This document shows positions 1 through 14,641 of a DNA stretch of 64,000 bases, piece by piece. Made by a program: the position numbers and the translations under genes. Location of the stretch: positions 33,904,349-33,968,348 of the forward strand of contig NC_068990.1 of assembly GCF_001194135.2 (NCBI RefSeq), written 5' to 3'. A model generated the notes under the pieces. That model worked only from the letters and a program-made list of their open reading frames with translations. It did no database searches and was not told the DNA's origin. Origin of the DNA: Octopus bimaculoides. Lineage: Eukaryota. How positions within the stretch are numbered: the first letter of the stretch is position 1; every line of letters starts with the position of its first letter.

Positions 1-260
1 GTACATTTTCTTTCCTTTCAGGGAAGACAAACACTCAAGACTTTTACATCGCGTGATTCCAGTTTCCTGGACAGTTGTCATCACGGTTGTTTTGTCATTG
101 TCATTTCATTTATACGTTGCATGCATGTATTTCACAAGTGTACATTACATTTCTTTGATTTTTCTTTGTGTGTGTTTGTACCACATCTTGTGGGTGGTTT
201 TTCAGTGGCCATCCTGCCTCAGGCGTTCTAACAGATTTTATTTATCGTGCGTTTCCGCTC

Positions 261-594
261 TGGCGAGGGAGCTCTGTAGTAACGCCTGCGCATGCGTAGT
301 CTTACGCATGCGTAAAATTAAACAAGCAAGTGTTTCCCGCTCAATTCATTCTCTTTCTCACTGGCCAGCGATTGAGCAAGGACGTGTGTTTAAAAGCTGT
401 CCCTACATCTTTCGGTCTTATACTCGACAGCTCGTTATTCTCACCTCTAAAGATGTATAACTAAAAGATTTGTATGTTTTACCAAGTAAATAAATGTTGT
501 TTAGTCTGGAGTTCAGCGTACCGTTCATTTCTTTAATTTTATAGTAGAAAGTCAGGTATACAATCTAAAGATGTATAACCCACTTTCTACTAAA
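261..594 (+). mobile_element. Putative 3' LTR of an LTR retrotransposon
   Basis: Purine-rich ggcgagggag (PPT-like) precedes TGTAGTA at 275. TATA-like tttaaaag at about 389, AATAAA at 489-494, and an end ctactaaa at about 587-594 resembling the inverted terminus TACTACA. No coding domain recognised. Confidence 0.4.
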
Positions 595-923
595 ACATCA
601 TATCATGTCCTTGAGCAAGACATTTCATTTCATATTACTCGAATTTTCTCAGCTGAAAATAAGTATCAGCAACAGGTGGGAGTTAACTTGCCATAAACTG
701 GTTTTCCATCGGAGGAGGGGAGTCTTGTAGTCTCAGTAAGCTCAAATCTTAGAAGCCAAAAGAAATTCTGACTTAATGTATGCTTGAGACAGACTTTAAC
801 CTTTATATACTTATGTTGAAATAAATGCATATACAGACAGACAGACACACACACACACACGTACATACATACATATATATATATATACACATATACATAC
901 ATGCATATATACAAATATATGTA

Positions 924-1062
924 TGAATATATATATATATCTAACTCTGCCAAATTAGATTGGAGCCTGGTGTTGCCATCCGGTTTCACCAGTCCTCAGT
1001 CAAATCGTCCAACCCATGCTAGCATGGAAAGCGGACGTTAAACGATGATGATGATGATGATG
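924..1062 (+). mobile_element. RTE 3' UTR/tail fragment, representative of many copies (e.g. 2855-3236, 3940-4112, 8030-8390 minus, 16430-16630, 22640-22780, 26280-26480 minus, 60920-61220 minus)
   Basis: Shared ctctgccaaattagattggagcctggtg...ccaacccatgctagcatggaaagcggacgttaaacgatgatgatg, matching the 3' end of the RTE LINE at 43100-44120. Confidence 0.85.
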
Positions 1063-1065
1063 ATC

Positions 1066-1993
1066 TTGGGTCACTCCATACATAACGTGTTTTTTTTATA
1101 CTTCTTTTATTTTTCAAAATTAAGATAAAGTTGTTTTTTTTTTAATCTAAAGCATACTTTCCTTCATTTTCTGCAATGCTCTTCCATCTATCTGGTAGAC
1201 TTGCAAGGCCCCTCTTCCAAAATTCACTTGTCTGTGATGAAAAATACTTCTCCACTACTTTTCTGACCTCATCTACAATATTCATATTTTTTCCATCCAA
1301 ATGGTTTTGAAGACTGTGGAATAAATGATAATCAGATGGGGCAATGTCGAGCGAATATGGTGGGTGAGGCATCATTTCCCATTCAAACTGCTCCAGCTTT
1401 TGGAGTGTCATCCTTGCTGTATGTGGCTGAGCATTATCCTGATGAAAGAACACCTCTTATCTTGAAAACAAAGATAGTCGTTTTTTTTCTTCTAGCACTG
1501 ACATGAATAACTGGTTAAATGACCAAATCCAAGCTTCTCTGCTAGTTCCTCAACAGTTACAGGGGGATTTTGTTCCAGCAGGGTTTGCAGGATGTCCTTA
1601 TCAAGCTCTATTGATCTTCCAGAACAAGACACATCTTCTAGGCTGTAGTTTCTGGCTTGGAATTTCTGGAACCACCTTTGACACTGGCTTACGCTTATTG
1701 TCCGATCCCCATATACTGCATTAATTTACCTCACACTTTCTGTTGTGTTGTTGCCTTTATTGAACTCATAAAGCAAAATATACCGAATATGCTCCTTTGT
1801 CACTTCCATTATAGCCTTGAAAAAATTACCGCTAAAATTGAACAGCACTCTTCAAAACTTACACTAAGAATAAGGACAAGCTAAAATTAATACCTGCGTT
1901 TATAGCAAGTTCATGCAGGTAGCTTATCCTGTCCCCCCTCTGACTTTTAGTTAATGCAATTCAAAAAACCGCATTAAATATGGGATGACCAAA
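1066..1993 (-). mobile_element. Internally deleted mariner transposon
   Basis: Imperfect TIRs ttgggtcactccatacataacg and tttggtcatcccatatttaatg (reverse complement), with TA at 1994-1995. N-terminal HTH MEVTKEHIRYILLYEFNKG...QRWFQKF from ATG 1809, joined across a deletion to FHQDNAQPHTA...HPPYSLDIAPSDYHLF...GKY (D34D C-terminus). Confidence 0.9.
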
Positions 1994-3511
1994 TATATAT
2001 ACATTTTTGCTGTTATATTAAACTGTTGTATGTCCAAATTTGGCCAAATGCATTTTTTTTCAATGTTTAATTTTACTTCCAATAGCTGGTCCTTTTAGTC
2101 AAACTATCATATCTCCAGCTGCTTCAGATGAAAATTGTCAAAATGTAGTACAACAGTTTAGCATTTTTCAAAAGTTTAATAAGCCCCACATACATCAGTT
2201 TTGCAAAAATATTTCTGATTGAAGATACCGTACATGTGTGGAGTTATGATTTTATGCACCCAACAAAGTATTGTTGTTAAACTGAAAGGATTGCTAATGT
2301 AAAAGGAAATAGAATGGTGAAACTATTTTTTTCATTTTCTGAAAAAGCAGCGTTTTGGACTTATGACACTTTTGCATAATAGCAACAATATATACACCCA
2401 TGCCAGCATGAAAGGCAGACGTTAAACAAAAAACGATATACACACCCCATCAGCACTCCTTGTGCATTGTTATTTTCACTACTGTTTTGTATTGCACAGC
2501 ATTTCAAACAACATTTCTTGACAACCAAATTGAAGATCATTTATTGTTAATAATTTTATCTTGTCAGTTAGAATTGTGACAGTCAAATAAATTTATTGGC
2601 AAGTATAGAACATGTTTTCTGTTTTGTGATTATGATATAATAACACTATGGTTATCAATTTATTCTACATTTCATCTTTTAGTCGAATCTATAATTACTA
2701 ACATCACTTTCCACCAATGCCCAGACATAGCTGTTCAACAATTTTAACCATATGTAAACCACTTAAAAAAAACCAAAACGTTGAAAATAACATCTAATGG
2801 ACCAATTTGCTCCCTTCCTGCCAGCAACATAAAAGAATGTCAGATGTAATCAAGCATCACACTCAACATTTGCGCTGATATGGTCATGTCATGCTTATGG
2901 ACGAGGACAGCTGTGTAAAGAAGTGCCAGTCTCTAACTGTAGAGGGAAGAGGTAGATTCAGGAAGACTCATCAAGCCAAGTGAAATCATATTCATGGCTG
3001 GTGCCTATGTTATGTAACTGGCACCCATACCGGTGGAACATAAAAGCACCCATGCTGGTGGCATGTAAAAAGAACCCATTACATTATTTGAGTGGTAGGC
3101 ATTAGGAAGGGCATCCATCCATAAAAGCCATGCCAAATCAGACTGGAACTTGGTGCAGTTCGTTGGCTTACCAGTTCCAGTCAGACTGTCTAATCCATGT
3201 CAGCATGGAAAGCAGACGTTAAATGATGATGATGATACTCAACAATATAAGCATGTTCAACATATCTATACATATACACACCCAATCTTATAAACACATA
3301 TATGTATAGGTATTAGATACATTAAGGATTATGCTAATACAGCTGGGTTCTTGATGTCTCATCATACAATTTACAAAATGCACAAAGATGGTACACAAAC
3401 CACACCCACAGGTTTTCTACACAATAAAGCAAAAATAGTCAAAATAAACCATGATTTACACAAGTGCAAAATAGTTTCTGGTCACTGCATGCAAATTATA
3501 CAAGTCATGTT

Positions 3512-3558
<47 letters not shown>

Positions 3559-5289
3559 TCATGCACACACATATTTATCTATACATACATATATTAATGA
3601 ATTTAAATATGCTGGAAGGCATGACGACACATTAACAAAAGATTTTGACTTAATAAATGGCTCCACACTCAACTCTTATACTCCAAACAGTTTGACAATA
3701 ACCATCACTTCCCCCATTTCCTTGGATAGGATAGTGTGTGGATTTCAAGCCACTTAAGAACCACAGAAAATGTAATTGGTATTTTTAAGTTTTATATCAC
3801 ATGCCCACATTTCCACACCCATTATTACTATTGCAGGAGGCAACTGATCCTATAGCACATTCTGATTAGTTCCCTTCCTTGGTATTATCAGCAAAAAAAG
3901 AGTGGCGTAAGGGCATACATGGAATCAGGAAGCGTACAGTGTTAGGAAAGGCATGGCGTTAGGAAGGGCATGGCATTAGGAAGGGCATCCAGCTGTAGAA
4001 ACTCTGCCAGATCACACTGGAGCCTGGTGCAGCCTTCTGGTTTCCCAGTCCTCAGTCAAATCGTCCAACCCATGCTAGCATGGAAGGCAGACATTAAACA
4101 ATGATGATGATGATGAAGAGTGAATCTGCACAACTGCCAATAAGCCAGAGCCAATCATCTTGCACAATACTGACATTTGAAGAAGCACATGTTTGTTATA
4201 CAAAGCTTAAAAATGCCACTTATGTTTTCAGCATTTCTTATTGGTGTGTGTGTGTGTGCACATGCATGTATCTGTGCATGTGCGTGTATGTGTGTGTGCA
4301 CATACACATACACACACACATAATAAAATCAATTTTGAATGGACTTCAAATTTGGTCTGATGGCTTATTCATTCAGTGAAAAAGCCGTCAGATAAAACTT
4401 GAAGTCATGATCAAAATTAATTTTATCATAAATTTGACTCTGTTCTTAGCCTCACCCTCAATAAATGCTCAGCATAATTTTTTAAATTGCCATAAGATAA
4501 TAACCTTCAATATGCATCTCTGCATAATATGTACGTGTCTGTCAACGTTTGCATATGTGTGAGCATGAGACAGGAATATAGGCATGATAAATAAAATTCT
4601 GATAAAGAGAATTTACTCTGATAGATAAATACTAAATATTCTACAATCTCAACTAAAACAATATCATTTTGGTAAATACCAATATTAAAAGACACTGAAG
4701 ATAGATGTATTTGAAAAGCTCCTGTCTTATTGAAGATAATACTTGGTTTTATTTGTGTCTTTTCAAAATTTAATTACTTGAAATGTCAAAAATAACAAAA
4801 GTAATAAAAAATATAGTCACTCTTCTGTAAAAATTACCTTTAAAAATATTAGATCGGTCATCTTCAAACTGTGCCAAGTTTACTGGCATGAAAACTTGAT
4901 AGAATTATATGATGGTTTTCCTAATATCATCCTCATCCCCAAACCACCACCAATGTTATCAATGCCATTCTTACCTCAGGTGGTTGAGAGCAAAAACAGA
5001 AAAGCTCCAGTATACCTTTAAGGTAAAAAAGGTAATATGTACCTTCTCAAGTCATATTGACTCATAAGGGCCAGTTTCCTGGTATATAAATTCCCCACCT
5101 GGATGGAACGCCAGTCCATTGCAGGATTACTCACTTTTGCCAGCTGAGTGGACTGGAGCAACATGAAATGAAATGTTTGTTCAAGAACACAACACATTGG
5201 CCAGTCCAGGAATCAAAACCTCAATCTTACAATCATGAGTCCAACACCCTAACCACTAAGCCATGTGCTTCCACTGTTATGTACCTTAA

Positions 5290-5501
5290 CTCTTTAGCAC
5301 TTAAACCAGCAGTGTCTGACTCAAATTTTCTACTGTTTTATATCAAAACTGGCCAGATCTGGCCTCTCACATCTACTTTACACTGTCAGTCTAAAACTAA
5401 ACAATCACATCATCAAATCCTAAAAGCTATGAAATAATGCATGGTCAATTTAAAACAATAAAAAGGCATTACATTTGACAAAGTAATCTGAATGGTAAAG
5501 G
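5290..5501 (-). mobile_element. piggyBac-derived MITE whose termini match the 27594-30320 element
   Basis: TTAA at 5286-5289. The reverse complement begins cctttaccattcagattactttgtcaaatgtaatg, compared with cctttagtgttcagattaatttgtcaaatacaatg at 27595. It ends with atagcttttaggatttgatgatgtgattgtttag...gctaaagagttaa, similar to 30180-30324. Confidence 0.75.
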
Positions 5502-7723
5502 ATCGATATTCTGAGTTCAAATCTTGCTGGTGGTCAACTTTGGTTTTCATTCTTCACGGCCAATAAAATACATCCTGAACTGTTAAAATCATCATTAGAG
5601 TGTATATTTACAATATTTAAATCTACACTACTCATGGGAACTAGTCTGTAGAAAGTAGCAGCCAAATCTTCCTTGGATCACACTATATCATCATAAAAAA
5701 GTCAATAAGCATTACGATGTAGTCCTAGATACACTATATTTGTGAAAACAAAACACTGATCAATCAAGGATGGAGCAGTTTGAACCATCCCTCAACTGAA
5801 TGAAGACTGACCTCAGAAGGGAGGCAATTAATACAAGCACAAAAATGTGAAAGAAGGTAGGACAGACAAAACGCAGTGAAACTTACCACGATTAAAAATA
5901 AACTTTACATTTTACTTATAGAAGCTGCTGTTAAGAACTGAGAACTTTTAAACAGAATTATATAAAGTAGGCACAGCCATTTTATAGTTCCAGACTTCTT
6001 TCTCTTTCTCTCAAGACAGTCAGATGCCATCAACATTATCTAATACATTTATATTTTATATTCTAAATTTTGTTTTCATTAATTTCATTTCTATCTTTAA
6101 TTTGTTTTTTCTCTTTTTAAACACTAGAATATTGTTAATGCTGTTGTTGTTGCTATTGTCATAGAATTATTAATGTTATTTTCATCATTGTTATCATTTA
6201 ATCTAATACAGAAAGCTCCTGTAGAGAAATTTCTGAAAATACAGAATCAATTTTAGAAATATTTGCAGCATTGCTAAAAATGTAGTTCTAATGTAGAAAA
6301 TTCACAAGACAAAATTTCATTTCAAACTTGAGAAATGATGTTAATAAATTTCTGATTTCAATGAAGCATTTTGGAAATCACGGGAAACTGCTTTTATTTG
6401 ATTGTCATCTTGATTACCGAAATTCTTGTTGATTCCTAATCTGCTAACCAAAAATGTTAAACAACATCTAAAAATAGTCTCAGAGTTTATAGAATGAAAC
6501 TACAAATGAGGAAAACATTCTTCACTTATTTAATTCAAAACTAAATCATTCTATTTCTATCAATTCCTTCATTTTAAAATCAATTTGTCAGAGTTAAAAA
6601 ACAGGAATGGATTCATTCTGGTATTAAATGATGAAAAAAGATGGAAAACATCAAACAGCTGAGGTACCAAAGAAGTCTAATTATATGTGGTTTGAAAAGC
6701 AAAGAAATCATAAAGTCCAAAGAAACTAGTGATGATTTGCATCGGTAAATAAAACAATTGATGAAATTTGTGAAATAAAGAGTTCCTACCAAAAATATCT
6801 GTATTCCTTTCTTGTCACCATACACAAAATTATTTTGGCTTATGAATATCAAAATATTCGTCATTACTGTTTTTTCAAAACAAAAATTCTTAATGTTTAT
6901 ATAGAAAGAAACATTTTCATATGAGTTAAGGAATATTTTCATGCATATAGATGCAGACATGACTCTGTAGTAAGAAGTCTCCTTCTCAACAACATGATTC
7001 CAGGTTCAGTCCCACTGTGTGGCATCTCAGGCAAATGTCTGCTACTGTAGTCCTGGGCCAACCAAAGCCTTGTGAGCTGATTCCTTAGACACAAACTGAA
7101 AGAAGACTGTCAAATATTTTTTCTACTCTAAACACAAGGCCCGAAATTTGTGGGGAGGGGATCAGTTGATTAGATTGACTCCAGTATGCAGCTGGTACTT
7201 AATTTACCGGCCCTGAAAGGATGAAAGGCAAAGACGACCTCGGCAGAATTTGAACTCAGAATGTAAAGACAGACAAAATACTGCAAAGCATTTCGCCTGG
7301 CATGCTAAAGCTTCTGTCAGCTTGATGCCTGTCATATATTGTGTCTGTGAGAAAGAGAGAGAGAGTACCTTTTTCTTTATCTAACACCACTGCTTGACAA
7401 GTGGGGTTGGTTTGTATGCATCCCCATAACTTAGTGGTTTGGCAAAAGAGACCAATGGAATAAGTATCATGCTTTAAAAAAATGAATATTGAGAGTGATT
7501 GGTTCAATTAAAACCCTTGAAGGGGGTTCCCCAGCATGGCTACAGTCCAATGACTGAAGCACATTAAAAATAAAAGATTTATACTAAATGTCCCATAAAT
7601 AAGACAGCATTTAAACATTAATATAATGTTAAATGCTGCCAAATACTAGCGTATTACTCAAAATATTCACAGCAGCAACAGCAATAGCAGAAGTGAAGTG
7701 GCAAATAAGTACAGAACCAGACT

Positions 7724-7937
7724 ACGACGGGATGCTGAAAGTTCCTGGTTTTAAGGGTATTGTGAAAGACCTGGTTGGAGGCCTGAACTTTCAAGATCTT
7801 TTACAGGGATTAGAGCAACTGAAGGAGTGTTGCAATAAGTGTGTGAATTTGATAAGGAAATATGTTGAAAAAAATCATAATTAACTGATCCTCCTGTATT
7901 TTCTTTTACCTGAAGCCAGGAACTTTTCAACACCCTA
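7724..7937 (+). mobile_element. Mariner-derived MITE carrying the transposase 3' end
   Basis: TIR-like ends gggatgctgaaagttcctgg and ccaggaacttttcaacaccc, with internal GLEQLKECCNKCVNLIRKYVEK (mariner C-terminus). A related reverse partial copy lies at about 36611-36745. Confidence 0.7.
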
Positions 7938-8639
7938 CTGTAAATACCTTACAAAACAAACTGGACTTCCAAAGAACAACAATGTTATCTGACTTTAAAT
8001 GATGCTGTGAGAACACTTGATACTCATCATCATCATCATCATTTAACGTCCGCTTTCCATGCTAGCATGGGTTAGACGATTTGACTGAGGACTGGTGAAA
8101 CCAGATGGCTACACCAGGCTCCAATCTGATTTGGCAGAGTTTCTACAGCTGGATGCCCTTCCTAATGCCAACCACTCAGAGAGCGTAGTGGGTGCTTTTA
8201 CGTACCACCAGCACGAAGGCCAGTCAGGAGGTACTGCAACAGCCACACTCTAAATGGTGTATTTTACGTGCCACCTGCACAGGAGCCAGTTCAACGGCAC
8301 TAGCAACGATCTTGCTCGAATGTCTTTACATGTGCCGCCGGCACAAGTGCCAAGAAGGCGACGCTGGGCACAGGTGCCATCATGATTTTAATAAAGTCCA
8401 AAGCAAAGGCAGGGAAACTCTCATCCACTTTCATATTTAGAACAGTTTATTGACCAAGTTTCTAAACACTCAAATAAAAATAGTTTCAAAACTGTAATTC
8501 ACATTAGAAACATGTGGAATTAACAATAAGTTATTTTTCATGGCACAGATGTACTCTCACAGATTCTTCTGCACTTGTTATTTATCTGTGGGTTTTTTAA
8601 AAGTTTACATCAATCCTGCAATTAAAACAGTTCTTTTAC

Positions 8640-9200
8640 CTCTAGTACTAAACCACTTTCCCCACCCTTGGAATAAAAATGGTTCCTTCTTCTCTTGCAC
8701 TAAAATAGTTCCACCATCCCTGATTCTAAAACAGTTTCTACCCCTTCTGGTACGAAGAGATTCTTCTACCCTTGATACTAAATGCTTCCCCTAATCCCTG
8801 CTACTAAAACAGTTTCTCCACCCCCATTTCCAAATTAGTTCCTTTACTCTAGGTACTACATTAGTTTCCCAATTCCAACTACTAAAACAGTTTCTTAGTA
8901 CTAAAATGGAAGCACATGGCTTAGAGGTTTTAGGGAGCTGGACACATGATCCTAAGATTGTGGTTTTGATTCTTGAACCGGGCAACACGCTGTGTTCTTC
9001 AGCAAAACACTTCATTTCACATTGCTCCAGTACACTCAGCTGGCAAAAATGTGTAATCCTGCAATGGACTGGCACTCCATCCAGGGGGGGAATTTATCTG
9101 CCATGGAAACCAGTCCTCGTGAGTCGACATGACTCGAGAAGGTAACTTTACTACTTTTTTAATTCTTAGTACTAAAACAGTTTGTCCATCCTAGGCATTA
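8640..9200 (+). repeat. Degenerate minisatellite, about 30-bp unit with core CTAAAACAGTTTC
   Basis: ctaaaacagttt(c) recurs at about 8725, 8803, 8882 and 9172, with similar variants between, and is interrupted by the 8907-9162 SINE. Confidence 0.65.
8907..9162 (+). mobile_element. tRNA-derived SINE with a perfect 15-bp TSD, inserted in a minisatellite
   Basis: TSD ttcttagtactaaaa at 8892-8906 and 9163-9177. Head tggaagcacatggcttagagg...ggttttgattc. Confidence 0.85.
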
Positions 9201-12200
9201 CTAACATGATTGAATTTAAGAATTATCAAAATGAGCAGATTCCCACCAAATTACCAATGGAAATCTTTGAAACAACACTCCCAAATTAAATGTGTTTTAG
9301 GATTCACTCATTTACACAATGCACACCATGTTTTTAATCTCAATGAGCTAAACGGTTTTGCAAGGACATAATGATCTAAATTAAGATTAATAAACATATT
9401 TCTTATTAAACTGTATACAAATAACATTACATATATTGAGGAAACAACAGTTTATTCCTTCTAAATGAGAATAGATATGAACAGGTGTGACTATAGGCAT
9501 ACCTAGTGTTATAGAAACATTGTGTCCTGAAAATCTTGCCATAACATGGAATTCCATAACATGAAACGAATTTGTTTCATTATTCCAAGTAATATTCTAT
9601 AATACTAGGAAGTCAATAGGTAAAAAATTTTTGCACAACTGTACACTATGTCATAGCAAGGTTTTCTTATGAATACAACTATTTTTTTTTTTTAACACAA
9701 GGATGCTTGTATTACTTTCTATAAAATACAAATTACAATCTCTGGTTGTGGTTTCTATTCTGGTATTTCCAAATTTCCCACAAAATCAAACTGCATCATA
9801 AAAACTGTCAAGAAAGAAGTCAACTTTTTCTTATGAAATCCAATAGAATAACAATTTGTTACAAAATGTATGTCCTATATTAGATCTGACCCATGTAAGC
9901 GTGAAAAATTGGACAGTAAAATGATGATAATGATTAGGTCATTTTTCACATGTCTAGGATAATGTTTCATTCCAAACTCAAATACACACATATTCAGCCA
10001 ATTTCAAAAAAAAAAAAAAAAAAAAAATTAGTGAACAGGTGACTGTTTTTACCAAACTTTTTTCAGGCTTTGACATTGCTTATCCATGTTTTTTTGTTCT
10101 TTGTAATGTGACACTAACTCCCTTACATGGTATATATTCATACCAAGATAATTCATGGGCATACCATTCCTTCCCTTGATACAATTTACAATATTTTATC
10201 TCCCATACCTAGTACTGAACATTCTGTCCAACCTTTCTGACTCACACCTTGATCTCTCTAAAATTACTTTCCTGCCAATATTTTCCCTCCTAACTTGCAA
10301 CAATTTCCAAAGAATGTTAACCAACTTTCATTTTTCCTATTTTGTAACCTAAAACATCTAGTAATTGAGTACAATCTCCTCACATAGACCAAACAAAAAT
10401 TAAAATCCTTCTATATACCAGCTTCTGTATTAAACTGAATAAATTACATTTGCAATTCCTTTATAGGAAATACATCACCAAGAATCCCCCTATGAAATAT
10501 AAAATATGGCTTTATGGCTATATGGATGATGGATGGCACCAAGCTAAAATTATAGTTCCACACATTCGACTGATGATTCCACTTTCTGATTTACAATATC
10601 TTCCTACCCAACACTTTTTCCCCACAAACTGAATACACAGAACAAAGTAAAATATTTGATTCAGACTGTGGTTGAACCTGTTTCCCATCTATTGCTAATG
10701 CATCTGACATTCCTCTCAGTCAATTTAGCAAGCTCAGATGATTTGATAACAGCACACAAACTACATGGCAAGAAGTAATTGATGAAGCTTTGAAGAAGAT
10801 ACATTAATATTTTCTAATTTTTAACTTGGTTCTTTTTATCACACTGTCTTCAGAAGAGATAATGAAGCTTGTACTAAAAGATGACAAAAATGAAGTGGTA
10901 CTATAGAAATAGTAGTAATAAAATAAAACATGACCGCTATTTGACCAACATGATCGACTTCAAGTTTTCCCTCATTAACTTCGAGTAGAAAGATGACTAC
11001 TTTTTCATAGAGAAAATACATTCTCATTCAGAGATACTAGAAATAAAAAAAAAAAAAAAAAAAAAAACATTACAGTTATCATTTTTCTTTTATAACTATT
11101 GGCTTCCAAGATAGAAATTGCTAAACCATGTAATTGCTCAGCCAAGTGGAACATCATTGGGATAGAACTGTTTTAAAGCTTGAAAGAATGTTCCAGCATG
11201 GCTTTTTATAGGCAAAGAACAGGTAATGTCATCCTTCTGCCTCATTTGCTTAAATCGAAAACCAATAAAAGTAGATGATACCCAGCAAGAAACTAAAGCA
11301 TGCTAGTTCTCAGAGTTTCAGTGTCTCCACAATCACTCAACTATGTTTCCACACACACATACACATACACGCACGCACACATCTGCAACGGAACAGTTTT
11401 TCAAACTTGCTTTCTGCAGCAGCAAAAATCTTTTCCCCTAAATTCTGCCAAAATTAATCAATAAATATATGCTGGAGGTTAATGTTATAAACGATATTAG
11501 CTGAAATGCTGCTATATTTTTATGACTGTGTGGAGAAATATCTAAGATCTAATCTCAGATTACAGTTTCCAGAGTTTCTATAGCAAATGTCTAATAAAAA
11601 TAACTCGACAGCATCAACTTCTGTGTTTTGTGCAATAACTATGCACCACATTATTGCATCATGTAACTAATAGTGCCAATTATTTCTTTAGAATGCTTCA
11701 TTTTGGATTCCTGATTCATGGTATATTTACTACGATTCTTGTGAAACTACTTCTAGATTTCCTCTGAGCTCTTGCTATTTAAAATTTCCCTCATTCTTCC
11801 ATAAAACCATTAATATTTCTCTAAGCAATTCTGTTTGCTTTTTTTCATTGTCTTTAATGAATAGCAAAATCAGTTCAGAAGGAATAAATGAACTGGTTAA
11901 ACCTGATTTATACGAAGCTTTAATTTTAAAATAATTTAATACAAATAGTTAAATCTGAGCAGGTTTAGTACTGTATACATTGCATTCTGTTATAAAACAA
12001 TAATTATTTCAACAACAAACAATTGTAGTTTCTACCTGGCTATGTTTTCATGGAGACATTCTTAAAATATCATTCATTTATCGATCAAGCAAGGTCTTTA
12101 ATTTCCCTCTTTCCACCATGAATATAGCATTTTCACTGCTATGCTTACAGTATTATATTGTATGTTATGAATCTTTCTCACAATTATGAATAGATTAAAG

Positions 12201-12695
12201 TAATTATATTTCTAAACGAAATATTTAAACTAGGAAGAATCTAAAATACATACATAAAGTTTTGGGAATATTATTATCATCATTATTAATTATAATCATT
12301 ATTATTATTATTATTATTGTTGTTTTTTTTACTTGTTTCAGTCATTTGACTGAGGTCATGCTGGAGCACTGCCTTTAGTCAAGCAAATCGACCCCAGGAC
12401 TTATTCTTTGGATGCCTAGTACTTATTCTATCGGTCTCTTTTGCCAAACTGCTAAGTTACGGGGACATAAACACACCACCAATGTTGGGGGGACGAACAC
12501 AAACACACAAACATACACACACACTTACATATATATAATATATATATACAACGGGCTTCTTTCAGTTTCTTTCTACCATATCCACTCACAAGGCTTTGGT
12601 CAACCCGAGGCTATAGTAGAAGACACTTGCCTAAGTTGCCATGCATTGAGAATAAACCAGGAACCATGGTAAGCAAGTTACTTACCAGAGAAAGG

Positions 12696-12743
<48 letters not shown>

Positions 12744-14590
12744 GAGGGAGAGAGCAGTGCATGCCATCAAAGTGACACTGAAGTAAAATATATGAAGCCC
12801 ATTATACCCTTCATGACTACCCACCTGATAAGGGTACACAATGTACATACATCACAACCATATGTGTGTAACATGGTGATCTCATGTCAAGATAAACAGT
12901 TCATGACCTTGCAGGTGGGGCCCAGTTAGAATTCTCTTCAGGTTGAGTAGCCCGTCCTACTCAAAAGGTTCCCGAATAAGGTTTGTTTAAGGATGTTGAA
13001 CAACACAACCATGTTTCCAAAGATGAATTATCCAAGCTCCAAAGAATTCCTCTCAACACATGGCTATGATGCTCCCCAACTACTTCTGCTCATGATCAGA
13101 GATGCACATATCATCAGCCACCAAATTTGAATGAAATTGGTTGTGTAGTTCTAGAGTTTTAGGGATTCACACATACACACACACACACACATACATTCTC
13201 ATTTTTATATATATATAGATATATCCCTTACACATGGTATAATACTTATAAAATAAAGACTATTTATTGAAAATTTACAAAATGCATTTTGGACTATTAA
13301 ATGACTATTTATCCTGAAAATCTTAGAAACTTATTTAAACATAATAGCTTATATACATATGCTACCATGATAGCAACAGAATATGTTTTTCTCTTGGGTT
13401 TCAACATAAATTTATATCCAAGACTTACATTTTCCAGAAGTTTATTTATAATGAAAAAATCGATGTGAAATAGAAATTTTATATAGTGAACCAATAAGCT
13501 TCTAGAAATTTTCTGAGAAATAATTCAATATATTTTCCTATTCAAAGTAATTTGTAGCAATTTGAAGACCTAGAAATCAATAGACGTATTGAAAAGACAT
13601 TCAAACATGCCTGCACAATCAAATATATATCATATGTTAGCGATAACGATGATTATGATGATTGATGAATTAACATAGAATAAGGGACATTACAGATTAG
13701 TCATCTCAACAATCTCTAGTTTAGGTAATGGACATGATAATTTCAATGTTCTCTCATCTATTTCTCAAACACTATTGCTTTTTGTTTATAATAAACTATG
13801 ATTTTGTTTACAGACTGAATATAAAGAAATGTTCCAGTTAGTCACATGGTAGTCTCATCAAAGAGACAACATTCAGTTGACATATCAAGCAATGTAAACA
13901 AGAACGCATAACATGACCACTTCATGGAATGAATCATATTCTAAATTACATGAAAGTGATATGTAGAAACATGGAAATATGCAGAGTTATGAGAATCATG
14001 ACAGTATGAACAAATGGTCAGAGAATGCTAAAATGGGAAATATTTTACAATAAACATAGAAAATTAACCTGAGTGATTACTCTTAAAAGCATTGTGTGTA
14101 TGTGTGTGTATACATACATACATACATACAAAAGTACCCTGTTGTTGATGTTGGAATTCCAATGAAGGGGCCTTGGATCGAGGTTAGAAAGTGACTCACT
14201 ATTGGTGAGACATCTTGAAATAAAAATGAATAATGACATACATGTGCACATATGTAGGTATATACTTACATACATATGTACACACATAATACACACACAT
14301 ACATGCAAACATACATACATACATACATACATACATACATACATGTGACAACATTTCATAAACAAACTTTGGCAGCATAGAATGTGTTTGGTATTTTACA
14401 GACAAGAAAGTAAATTTCGAATGCATTATAGCTACGAAAACAGCAGAAAGACTGAATATTTTACCCTTATAAAATGGAATATAAGTTGCCAGCAGATAGC
14501 TATGACAGTTTTATAAGGGTAAAATAGCCAATCTTTCTGCTGTTTTCACAGCTATACTATGTTTGAAATTTACTTTCTTGTCTGTAAGGG

Positions 14591-14641
<51 letters not shown>

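Noticed and set aside
53-460. 135-aa ORF as a membrane protein
   Set aside because: No recognisable domain, it starts at GTG, and it overlaps an LTR-like segment.
4972-5015. 41-nt minus-strand exon-like segment with strong AG and GTAAGA sites
   Set aside because: The pyrimidine tract is the (AAGGTA)n tail of an adjacent SINE, and there is no AGBL4 similarity.
5882-6045. Minus-strand donor cgtg|gtaagt with a signal-peptide-like frame upstream
   Set aside because: There is an in-frame stop before the donor, no good acceptor and no homology.
7633-7884. 83-aa ORF
   Set aside because: It is a chimera of flanking DNA and a mariner MITE, not a gene.
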